A DNA stretch of 32,000 nucleotides, taken from the NCBI GenBank assembly GCA_964453645.1, contig CAYVRJ010000001.1, positions 106,301-138,300 of the forward strand, read 5' to 3'. The notes under the pieces are model-generated. The model worked only from the letters and a program-made list of their open reading frames with translations, was not told the origin of the DNA and ran no database searches. A program made the position numbers and the translations under genes. This document shows, piece by piece, positions 15,741 through 23,505 of this stretch (positions are counted from its first letter, which is position 1; every line of letters begins with the position of its first letter). The stretch comes from an uncultured Clostridia bacterium (GTDB taxonomy: Bacteria > Bacillota > Clostridia > Christensenellales > JAWKQI01).

Positions 15741-16888
15741 AAAAATATCCGTTGGCGTCGGGGACGTGGGGACAAGAGGAACGGGAAGCAATCCTTCGGG
15801 TGATGGACAGGGACATGTTCACCATGGGTCAAGAAGTGTTAGAGTGCGAACAGGCCTTTGCTAAACAGTTTGGTGCAAACTATGCGGTCATGTGTAATTC
15901 GGGTTCGTCTGCAAATTTGTTGGCAGTGGGAGCTATGGTCTATTCGGGCAGATGGCAGCGGGGAGACGAAATCATCGTTCCCGCAATTGCATGGGCAACG
16001 ACGTACTATCCCCTCTATCAATACGGGCTGAAGCTTCGGTTTGTGGATATCGACAGGGAAACCCTGAACATCAGCATCCCCGCCTTAAAAGAGGCGATCA
16101 CCCCCAACACCAAGGGGCTGGTTGCAGTGAATCTCCTTGGCAACCCCAACGAGTTCAATGATATTGAACGTATTTGCAGGGATGGGGGGATCACCTACTT
16201 CGAGGACAACTGCGAGAGTATGGGTGCCAAATACAAGGGCAAATATGCGGGAACCTTTGGGCTTATGGGCACGTACAGCTCCTTTTTCTCCCACCACATC
16301 TCCACCATGGAGGGTGGGTTTATCACAACCGACGATGAACTACTCTACGACATGCTCAAGTGCCTGCGGGCACACGGCTGGACGAGGAATTTAAATAGTG
16401 ACAGCGTGTTGTTTGAGAAGGGGGATGAATTTTACGAACTGTTTCACTTTATCCTTCCGGGTTACAACTTTCGCCCCATGGAGATGCAAGGGGCCATCGG
16501 GAAAGAACAGCTCAAGCGTTTGGAAGGGTTTGTAACCCTGCGGCGGCAAAACGCACTGTATTTTAAAGAGAAGTTTAGGGACTTACCCCTCACCGTGCAA
16601 CAAGAGACGGGGGAAAGCTCCTATTTTGGACTGGCATTTCTTTTAAACAAACCCGGCAAACGCAATGCACTGGCAAAAAAGCTAATGGACAGCGGCATTG
16701 AGTGCAGGCCGGTGATGACGGGTAATTTCACCAAAAATCCCGTGATTCAATATATGGAGTTTAATATTTCGGGCACCCTGGACAATGCGGATTATGTCCA
16801 TGAAAACGGCATATTCCTTGGCAACCACAGCTACGACTTAAGGCAACACATCGACTATGCCTACGACGTAATTTGCGGAGAACTGTGA
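15737..16888 (+). CDS. colD: GDP-4-keto-6-deoxy-D-mannose 3-dehydratase (ColD-type, DegT/AAT-fold)
   Basis: Colinear with E. coli O55 ColD as I recall it (YPLAS-TW, MFTMG, FEDNCESMGA, RAHGWTRN, LPGYN-RP-EM, QQETGESS-FG, IECRP). The PLP-lysine position is His (SFFSHHISTMEGG, His187, nt 16295-16297). Confidence 0.82.
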   Translation: MKKYPLASGTWGQEEREAILRVMDRDMFTMGQEVLECEQAFAKQFGANYAVMCNSGSSANLLAVGAMVYSGRWQRGDEIIVPAIAWATTYYPLYQYGLKLRFVDIDRETLNISIPALKEAITPNTKGLVAVNLLGNPNEFNDIERICRDGGITYFEDNCESMGAKYKGKYAGTFGLMGTYSSFFSHHISTMEGGFITTDDELLYDMLKCLRAHGWTRNLNSDSVLFEKGDEFYELFHFILPGYNFRPMEMQGAIGKEQLKRLEGFVTLRRQNALYFKEKFRDLPLTVQQETGESSYFGLAFLLNKPGKRNALAKKLMDSGIECRPVMTGNFTKNPVIQYMEFNISGTLDNADYVHENGIFLGNHSYDLRQHIDYAYDVICGEL

Positions 16889-16891
16889 AGA

Positions 16892-18337
16892 ATGGATTAT
16901 AATATGAGCAGTTTTGTATTTGGCACCGGTGGGATCCGGGAAGTGATGGGGCAAGGCGAAGGGAAGATGAACGACGATGTGATTATTTTGGCATCTCTGG
17001 CGCTTGCCCGGTTTCTCTTTGAAAAGTTTGAGAACCCCAAAGTTTTGGTGGCCTACGACAGCAGAATCAATTCCAAGGAGTGGGCGAACCTCACGGCAAA
17101 GGTGTTGGTCTCCAAGGGGGTTGAGGCCTTTGTTTTTGATCGGCTGTGCCCCACCCCGGTGCTCAGCTTTGCTATTTTACATCTGAATTTATCGGCAGGG
17201 GTGGTGATCACCGCCAGCCACAACACAAAGGAATACAACGGTTATAAGGTGTACGGGCACACCGGGGTGCAGTGCGTGCCCCAAGAGACCAAACAAATAA
17301 CAAAACACGGCCAGCAGTGTAGCGTCTTTGATTATGTTGAGCCAGAGGCAGACATTCAAACGGTTGGGGAGGACGTGCTGCGTGCCTTTTATGATGCCGT
17401 GCTCTGTGAATCTGTCTTTGAAGAAACTGCAACTGCAAGTGAACTAAACGTTGTGTTCACCCCCCTCCACGGAACGGGTGGCCTGCCCGTTCTCACAGTG
17501 CTTAGAGAAGCGGGATTTCGTGATGTGTTGGTGGTGGAAGAACAGTTTGAACCCGATGGCAATTTCCCCACCGTGGATTCCCCCAACCCCGAGGAACCCT
17601 CCGCTCTAAAAATGGCCATTGACTTGGCGAATCAGACGGGTGCGGATATAGTCATTGGCACAGACCCGGATTGCGACAGGGTGGGGGTTGCGGTGCGCCA
17701 CATGGGTAAGTACGTGCAGCTCAGCGGCAACGAGGCAGGGGCACTGCTCACCGGGTATCTCCTTTTCAAAAAGAGCGGCAACACCTTGGTGAAAACAGTT
17801 GTGTCGGGAGAGCTGGGCGGGCAAATTGCCCGGCAAAACGGACTAAACGTAATCAATACTCCCACTGGGTTTAAATACATCGGCGAACAGATGGAAAGCT
17901 TAGGCGAAGACTTCTTTTTTGCCTACGAGGAGAGCTTTGGTTATTTGGGCGGGCGTTATGCCCGGGACAAATGCGGGGTGGGCGCATGTCTGCTCCTGTG
18001 CCAATGTGCGGCACACCATAAACAACGGGGAAAAACCTTAGTGGATGCCCTAAACGAACTCAAAGCAACCTATGGCCACTACCAAGACTTTGGCCAGAGT
18101 ATACGGCTTGACCCCGGTCAACAGGAGAAAGTGATTGAACGGTTAAAAAGCTTGGATGGAATTTTGGAGGTGGAGGAGGCAGGTAGTTTCTTAAAACTGC
18201 ACTTTCACAACGGATGGATTGCCGTTCGGCCTTCGGGTACCGAACCAAAACTCAAGCTGTATTACAGCGCCAAGGGAGAGAGCCATGAAGCGGCTCAAGT
18301 AGCACTGGATGAACTAAAGAAAAGAGTAGGGGCTTAA
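16892..18337 (+). CDS. manB: Phosphomannomutase/phosphoglucomutase (alpha-D-phosphohexomutase)
   Basis: Active-site loop VVITASHNTKEYNGYKVY (Ser at nt 17216-17218; the usual Pro after SHN is Thr). Metal loop GTDPDCDR, sugar loop AYEESFGY, phosphate loop RPSGTEPKLK. The symbol is assigned from operon context. Confidence 0.8.
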   Translation: MDYNMSSFVFGTGGIREVMGQGEGKMNDDVIILASLALARFLFEKFENPKVLVAYDSRINSKEWANLTAKVLVSKGVEAFVFDRLCPTPVLSFAILHLNLSAGVVITASHNTKEYNGYKVYGHTGVQCVPQETKQITKHGQQCSVFDYVEPEADIQTVGEDVLRAFYDAVLCESVFEETATASELNVVFTPLHGTGGLPVLTVLREAGFRDVLVVEEQFEPDGNFPTVDSPNPEEPSALKMAIDLANQTGADIVIGTDPDCDRVGVAVRHMGKYVQLSGNEAGALLTGYLLFKKSGNTLVKTVVSGELGGQIARQNGLNVINTPTGFKYIGEQMESLGEDFFFAYEESFGYLGGRYARDKCGVGACLLLCQCAAHHKQRGKTLVDALNELKATYGHYQDFGQSIRLDPGQQEKVIERLKSLDGILEVEEAGSFLKLHFHNGWIAVRPSGTEPKLKLYYSAKGESHEAAQVALDELKKRVGA

Positions 18338-18356
18338 CGTGAGAGATTTTTTACGG

Positions 18357-18400
18357 ACGATTTGTGACGTAAGCCAGACGGCGGAATGGAGTTTTTTATG
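18357..18400 (+). promoter_or_regulatory. Conserved leader element, copy B (upstream of manC)
   Basis: Same element as 13767-13810, offset by exactly 4590 nt: ACGATTTGTGaCGTA-N6-ACGGCGGAATGGAGTTT, then 3 nt and the ATG. Confidence 0.7.
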
Positions 18401-19732
18401 AACATAGTATTATTATCGGGGGGGTCGGGCAAGCGGCTGTGGCCTTTGTCCAACGAAACTCGCTCCAAACAGTTTCTTAAATTATTGAGCACAGACAGTG
18501 GGGAAAAGCAGTCCATGATTCAACGGGTGTTTTCCCAGATCAAAGAGGCAGGCCTTGATAAAAGCCTCACGGTGACCACCAGCAGCACCCAGGAGAGTGC
18601 CATCGTTGGCCAAATCGGGGACAGTGCCAACATCGTCATCGAGCCGGAGAGGCGGGACACTTTTCCCGCAATCGCACTGGCGTGTTGTTATTTAAAGTTT
18701 AACAAATGCTTGTCCGACGACGAAGTGGTGATCGTTATGCCCGTGGATCCCTATGTGGACATCGATTATTTTCATAAGTTCCAAGAATTAAAGGACGGTG
18801 TAAACACCAATCAGTACGACATTGTGCTCATGGGTGTGACACCCACCTACCCTTCGGAGAAGTATGGATACATTCAGCCAAAGGCGGGGGGAAGTTTGCG
18901 GGAAGTGGATAGATTCAAAGAAAAACCCACCGTAGCCCAGGCCGAAGAGTTAATTGCTGGGGGTGCACTGTGGAACTGTGGGGTGTTTGCCTTTAAGCTT
19001 GGTTATATGATGAACGTCCTTGCAAAGTATATGGATGTCTCGTCCTATGAAGAGGTGTATGAAAACTATCACCTGCTCAACAAAAACAGTATGGACTACG
19101 AAGTGGTGGAAAAGGCGAAGCGGATTGGCCTCATAACCTACGACGGCAGATGGATGGACATGGGCACGTGGAACACCTTAGCCGAAGAGATGGGTGCAAA
19201 CACCATCGGCAGGGTCACTTTATCCCAAAACTCTAAGAACACCCACGTGATCAACGAGCTGAGCATTCCCGTGGTGGTCATCGGTGCTAAGGATATGATC
19301 GTTGCTGCAAACTACGACGGCATTCTGGTGAGCGACAAGGAGCAGAGTTCCTATTTGAAAGAGTATTTGAGCGATGTAAACAATCGCCCCATGTTTGAGG
19401 AGAGAGCGTGGGGCAGATATAAGGTGTTGGAGCTGTTTTCTTTGGGAAACGGCAACAAATCCTTAACAAAACATTTGTTTGTCAAACAGGGTAAGAAGCT
19501 GAGTTATCAAATGCACAGGCTGAGGCAAGAAATTTGGACGATTATTTCGGGCACAGGTATTTTCACCATGGACGGAATGAACAGTTCGGTGAAGGCGGGA
19601 GACGTGTTCACCATTGACATCGGCAAAAAACACACCATTCAAGCGCTCACAGACTTGGAATTGATCGAAGTGCAACTGGGTAAAGAGTTAGAGGAAAATG
19701 ATATCATTCGCTTTGAGGAGGAATCGATTTGA
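18398..19732 (+). CDS. manC: Mannose-1-phosphate guanylyltransferase with C-terminal cupin domain
   Basis: MNIVLLSGGSGKRLWPLS (GGxGxRLWPLS). C-terminal cupin (LSYQMHRLRQEIWTIISGTG). ATG 18398 has GGAG 6 nt upstream. In-frame ATG 18386 is the alternative. Confidence 0.9.
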   Translation: MNIVLLSGGSGKRLWPLSNETRSKQFLKLLSTDSGEKQSMIQRVFSQIKEAGLDKSLTVTTSSTQESAIVGQIGDSANIVIEPERRDTFPAIALACCYLKFNKCLSDDEVVIVMPVDPYVDIDYFHKFQELKDGVNTNQYDIVLMGVTPTYPSEKYGYIQPKAGGSLREVDRFKEKPTVAQAEELIAGGALWNCGVFAFKLGYMMNVLAKYMDVSSYEEVYENYHLLNKNSMDYEVVEKAKRIGLITYDGRWMDMGTWNTLAEEMGANTIGRVTLSQNSKNTHVINELSIPVVVIGAKDMIVAANYDGILVSDKEQSSYLKEYLSDVNNRPMFEERAWGRYKVLELFSLGNGNKSLTKHLFVKQGKKLSYQMHRLRQEIWTIISGTGIFTMDGMNSSVKAGDVFTIDIGKKHTIQALTDLELIEVQLGKELEENDIIRFEEESI

Positions 19733-20607
19733 AAGTAGTATTGATGGACGGCGGGCTGGGCAACCAAATGTTTCAATATATATTTGCACGGTTTGTGGAA
19801 CTGTATTCGGGCGAACCCGTTTTTATCGACGATGCATTCTTTTTCTACGCAGACTTACACAACGGGTATGAAGTGGAAAAGGTGTTTCCCAACGCAAAAC
19901 CAAGGCTGCTCAGCAAAGAGTTTAGCCCCGGAACGTGGGATCAAATTGTGCAGTATGTAAAGAACGAGGCAGCGTTTCCCGAATTTATGAACAACGGTGG
20001 CAACAATTTCTTTGTTGTTTTTGAAAGTGGCGACATTCGTTATACTGGTAATATGGTGAAAGTGCCAGCCAACCAGTTTACCCCCGATATCGCCATCACC
20101 CAGGGTAATGTCTATTACTTTGGCTATTGGATCAACAAGAGGTGGTTGTCAAGTATTGCAGATTCAATAATGAGGGAGTTGGAGTTTCCGCCCATCCCCG
20201 GTGCACACAACCAAGACTATACAAGGTTGATTGAGAAAACCAATTCCGTTGCAGTACACATCCGCAGGGGAGATTTTGTGGATATAAAGTGGACGTTAGA
20301 GGACTCCTTTTATTTTAACTCCATAAAGGAAATCGCCCATAGGGTGGACAATCCAACATTTTTCATCTTTTCGGACGATCTCAACTGGTGCAGGGAAAAC
20401 AGCGAAGGATTGGGTTTTGAATTTGCAAAGGGAAATCTGGTGTATGTGGAGGGTAACATGGACAAACAAAACAACTATGTGGACATGCAGCTCATGTCTA
20501 TGTGCAAGCACATGGTCATCGCCAACAGTTCCTTTAGTTATTTGGCAGCCCTGCTCAACAGAAATGAAAACAAACTCATTGCCAATCCCACAGCACGGGA
20601 GCTTTAA
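19729..20607 (+). CDS. Glycosyltransferase family 11 (alpha-1,2-fucosyltransferase-like; possible colitosyltransferase)
   Basis: GGLGNQMFQY, HIRRGDF, FIFSDD and ANSSFSYLAALL are the GT11 motifs. TTG start overlaps the manC stop (TTGA), with SD GAGGAGG 7 nt upstream. Confidence 0.88.
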   Translation: MKVVLMDGGLGNQMFQYIFARFVELYSGEPVFIDDAFFFYADLHNGYEVEKVFPNAKPRLLSKEFSPGTWDQIVQYVKNEAAFPEFMNNGGNNFFVVFESGDIRYTGNMVKVPANQFTPDIAITQGNVYYFGYWINKRWLSSIADSIMRELEFPPIPGAHNQDYTRLIEKTNSVAVHIRRGDFVDIKWTLEDSFYFNSIKEIAHRVDNPTFFIFSDDLNWCRENSEGLGFEFAKGNLVYVEGNMDKQNNYVDMQLMSMCKHMVIANSSFSYLAALLNRNENKLIANPTAREL

Positions 20608-20630
20608 ATATATTTTGTAAGGAGTGTCAC

Positions 20631-21983
20631 ATGGAAAAGAAAAAGAGAAAAGGACTAATTTTGATCATACTGCTGGGCCTTGTTGTGGTGATTGCAGGGT
20701 ATTTTTTAATCAACAGCTACATCAAGAGCCTGCCGGTATTTCAGTATGTAAACGGAACAAATACACAAATTGAATATCCCGACGCAAACTTTGCTGTGAT
20801 CAGCGATCTGCACATGTACGACCCTTCCCTGGGCACCGAAGGTGAGGCCTTTGATGAAGTGATGAACAGTGACAGAAAATTGCTGCTCAACAGCGAAGAG
20901 CTGCTGGATCTGGCGGTTGAACGCATTTTGGAATCCAAGGTGGATTTTGTGCTCATCCCCGGGGATATCACCAAGGACGGCGAGGTGGTGAACCATCAAA
21001 TTGCCGCAAACAAGCTGCAAGTCTTGGAGGACAACGGCATTCAGGTCTATGTGGTGCCCGGCAACCACGACATCAACAACCCGGACAGCAAGTCCTTTGC
21101 GGGCAGTAGTGCAACAAACGTGCCCAGCATCACCCCCGAAGACTTTAAACGGGTGTACGGAGGGTTTGGCTACGACAGCGCACTGTTTAAAGACGAAAAC
21201 ACTTTGAGTTACGCAACAGAGCCAATAGAGGGGCTATACATCTTAGGTTTGGACGGTTGCCAATACAATGTGGAAGGCCAGCGGAACCACAGCATCACCG
21301 GGGCGAAATATAACCAATCCACCATCGACTGGATCACCCAAACCGTTGCATATGCCCAGCAAAACGGCAAGGCCGTCATCGTCCTCTCCCACCACGGCAT
21401 TGTGGAGCACTGGAAGGGGCAGAGTTCCCTTCACCCCGAATATTTAACTCACGACTACCGTTATGTGGGTGAATTGTTGGCATCCTACAACGTGCGGTTG
21501 GCTTTTACAGGCCATTACCACGCACAGGACATTGTGCGGGGGGATTTTAACCAAGGTTTTCTCTACGACATTGAAACGGGTTCCCTGGTGACAGCCCCGT
21601 GCCCCGTGCGGTACGTTTCCATTGAAAACGGTGCTGCCACTGTGCGGACGGAAACGCTGGTGGATCAGCTGCACCCAGGCACAGACTTTGAAAAAAATGC
21701 AACGGATTTTGTGAAAAAGACAGTGGTGTTGGAGGCGTTTGCCACCCTTAAGAAATACTTGGTGTCCGACGAAGATGCCAACTACATTGCAAATCTGGTG
21801 GGGGATGCCTTTGTTGCCCACTACAGCGGAAATGAAGATCCAAGCCAGCGCATTATGGTGGATCAAAGTAAACTAAACTTGTGGGGCCAAATAGTCTATG
21901 CAACCCAGGGTTATGCCTTGGATGGCCTGTGGAACGACTTGCCCCCGCAGGACAGGGAGGCAGTGCTGCCGCTCAATCAATAA
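20631..21983 (+). CDS. Membrane-anchored calcineurin-like metallophosphoesterase
   Basis: N-terminal TM helix (LILIILLGLVVVIAGYFLI), then SDLH, GDITKDG, GNHD, SHHG and GHYH metallophosphoesterase motifs. SD aaggag 6 nt upstream. Confidence 0.85.
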   Translation: MEKKKRKGLILIILLGLVVVIAGYFLINSYIKSLPVFQYVNGTNTQIEYPDANFAVISDLHMYDPSLGTEGEAFDEVMNSDRKLLLNSEELLDLAVERILESKVDFVLIPGDITKDGEVVNHQIAANKLQVLEDNGIQVYVVPGNHDINNPDSKSFAGSSATNVPSITPEDFKRVYGGFGYDSALFKDENTLSYATEPIEGLYILGLDGCQYNVEGQRNHSITGAKYNQSTIDWITQTVAYAQQNGKAVIVLSHHGIVEHWKGQSSLHPEYLTHDYRYVGELLASYNVRLAFTGHYHAQDIVRGDFNQGFLYDIETGSLVTAPCPVRYVSIENGAATVRTETLVDQLHPGTDFEKNATDFVKKTVVLEAFATLKKYLVSDEDANYIANLVGDAFVAHYSGNEDPSQRIMVDQSKLNLWGQIVYATQGYALDGLWNDLPPQDREAVLPLNQ

Positions 21984-21998
21984 AGGAATAAACATACA

Positions 21999-22034
21999 GT
22001 CGGCAGGTTTTTAGCCTTGCCGACTTATTTGTTT
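21999..22034 (+). terminator. Rho-independent terminator of the radical SAM / GDP-sugar operon
   Basis: GTCGGCAGG-N8-CTTGCCGAC (9 bp with one G.U pair) followed by TTATTTGTTT. Begins 16 nt after the stop at 21983. Confidence 0.75.
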
Positions 22035-22079
22035 ATAATACATTCATAATAGATTTCCATTATTTTTTTATTTGCATGA

Positions 22080-22108
22080 TTGACTTTTTTACAATAAAAT
22101 CATACAAT
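22080..22108 (+). promoter_or_regulatory. Sigma-A-type promoter for the HD-GYP gene
   Basis: TTGACT (22080-22085), 17-nt spacer, TACAAT (22103-22108), in an AT-rich gap. Confidence 0.65.
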
Positions 22109-22171
22109 ATTATTGACGTTTTTCACCAGAAAGGAATGAGCTTAAAAGGAATGGATAAGGAGAATCAAATC

Positions 22172-23248
22172 GTGCACTTACGACCGATTTCTATTGAATA
22201 TTTAAAAGCAGGTATGCAGGTTCCCGACGATGTATACAATCACACGGGTAAATTGCTTTTGATTCCCAAGGGTTCATTGCTGACAGATACCATGTTGCTG
22301 CGGTTAAAGCGCCACAACGATGAGAATAAGAACATATGCGTTTCACCCATGCTGCACCGGGATTTATTGCAAAGTGATCTGCCCGAAAAGTTTGAACAAT
22401 CCTATATCGAGGACAGCATCGGTTATACCGAAACCAAGGAGCAAACCCAAGAGCTGTTCAGCGATGTGGAACACGGCAGCAGTGTGTCAAAGCAACAGGC
22501 GGAGCAGGTGTTTTTTGGCCTGTCCGAAAAATTAGCAACGGTGGATCCTTCCATCATATTTCAATGCGTAAACGGCAAAAACGATATCGACGAATACTTA
22601 TATAGGCACAGTGCCAACGTTGCACTCATCAACGGGTTGATCGGCAAGTGGCTGAATCTGCCCCAAATGGACATCGACATGCTGGTTATGGCGGGATTAC
22701 TCCACGATATCGGCAAAGCGAAGATTCCCCCGGCCATCCTCCACGCACCGCGAAAGCTCACCCCCAAGGAGTTTGAAATTATGAAACTCCACTCGGTGTA
22801 TTCTTTCGATTTGGTTTCGGAACAGAAGTTTAACAGTGCCATCCTCACGGCTGTGCGCCACCACCACGAAAAGATGAACGGTTCGGGTTACCCCGATCAC
22901 TTAAGTGCAGAGGAGATTTCCCTGTATGCCCGGATCACCGCCGTATCCGATGTGTACGACGCCATGGTTTCCAAGCGGTGTTATAAGGAAGCACACAGCC
23001 CCTTTGCGATTCTTGCTCAAATGGCCAAGCAGCGTCTGTCCGAGCTGGATATGCGCATTGTGGGTATATTTACCGACCTCATGCCCTATCAGCTTGTGGG
23101 TAAATCGGTGCTGATGTCCGACGGTTCAGTGGGCACAATCAAACACATTATGAACAACAAACCCGAATTCCCCTTGGTGGAGATCAACGGCGTGGTCGTT
23201 GCCACCAACAACAACCTGTACTGCTCGCGCATGATCTTTGACGAATAG
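22172..23248 (+). CDS. HD-GYP domain c-di-GMP phosphodiesterase-type protein with DUF3391-like N-terminus
   Basis: LLHDIGK (HD) and HHHEKMNGSGYP (nt 22859-22894). The N-terminus (RPISIEYLKAGMQVPDDVYN) resembles the DUF3391 region common in HD-GYP proteins. GTG 22172 has SD AAGGAG 9 nt upstream. ATG 22136 and 22151 are alternatives with poor SD spacing. Confidence 0.85.
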   Translation: MHLRPISIEYLKAGMQVPDDVYNHTGKLLLIPKGSLLTDTMLLRLKRHNDENKNICVSPMLHRDLLQSDLPEKFEQSYIEDSIGYTETKEQTQELFSDVEHGSSVSKQQAEQVFFGLSEKLATVDPSIIFQCVNGKNDIDEYLYRHSANVALINGLIGKWLNLPQMDIDMLVMAGLLHDIGKAKIPPAILHAPRKLTPKEFEIMKLHSVYSFDLVSEQKFNSAILTAVRHHHEKMNGSGYPDHLSAEEISLYARITAVSDVYDAMVSKRCYKEAHSPFAILAQMAKQRLSELDMRIVGIFTDLMPYQLVGKSVLMSDGSVGTIKHIMNNKPEFPLVEINGVVVATNNNLYCSRMIFDE

Positions 23249-23256
23249 GAAATACA

Positions 23257-23469
23257 ATGAATCAAAATACGGAAGGTAAGAAGAATAGATATTTTGCCTT
23301 TGTCATTGTGGCATTGGCACTGGCGCTGGTTGTCACTTTAGTCAACGCCATGGGTATTATCCAAGGGTTGACAGAACAAGTGACCAACTTAAGAAACGAA
23401 GTCCACCAACTGCGGGTGGAGATAAACGACCTGGACAACTACATCTACGATTTGGTGCAGCAAAGATAA
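23257..23469 (+). CDS. Small bitopic membrane protein with leucine-zipper ectodomain (FtsL/DivIC-like architecture)
   Basis: 70 aa. TM helix at residues 13-33. Uninterrupted a/d heptad: L38 V42 L45 V49 L52 I56 L59 I63 L66. Starts 8 nt after the HD-GYP stop, with SD TAGGA. Confidence 0.6.
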   Translation: MNQNTEGKKNRYFAFVIVALALALVVTLVNAMGIIQGLTEQVTNLRNEVHQLRVEINDLDNYIYDLVQQR

Positions 23470-23505
23470 TACGTGATTTGTTTTTGATTTTTATGGGGTA
23501 CTGAT

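Noticed and set aside
22076-22171. ORF-track start ATG 22076 for the HD-GYP gene (extra 32 codons, MIDFFTIKSYNIID...)
   Set aside because: The ATG lies inside the -35 box of a near-consensus promoter (22080-22108), so it would not be on the transcript. The extension is AT-rich and has no SD. GTG 22172 has AAGGAG at proper spacing.
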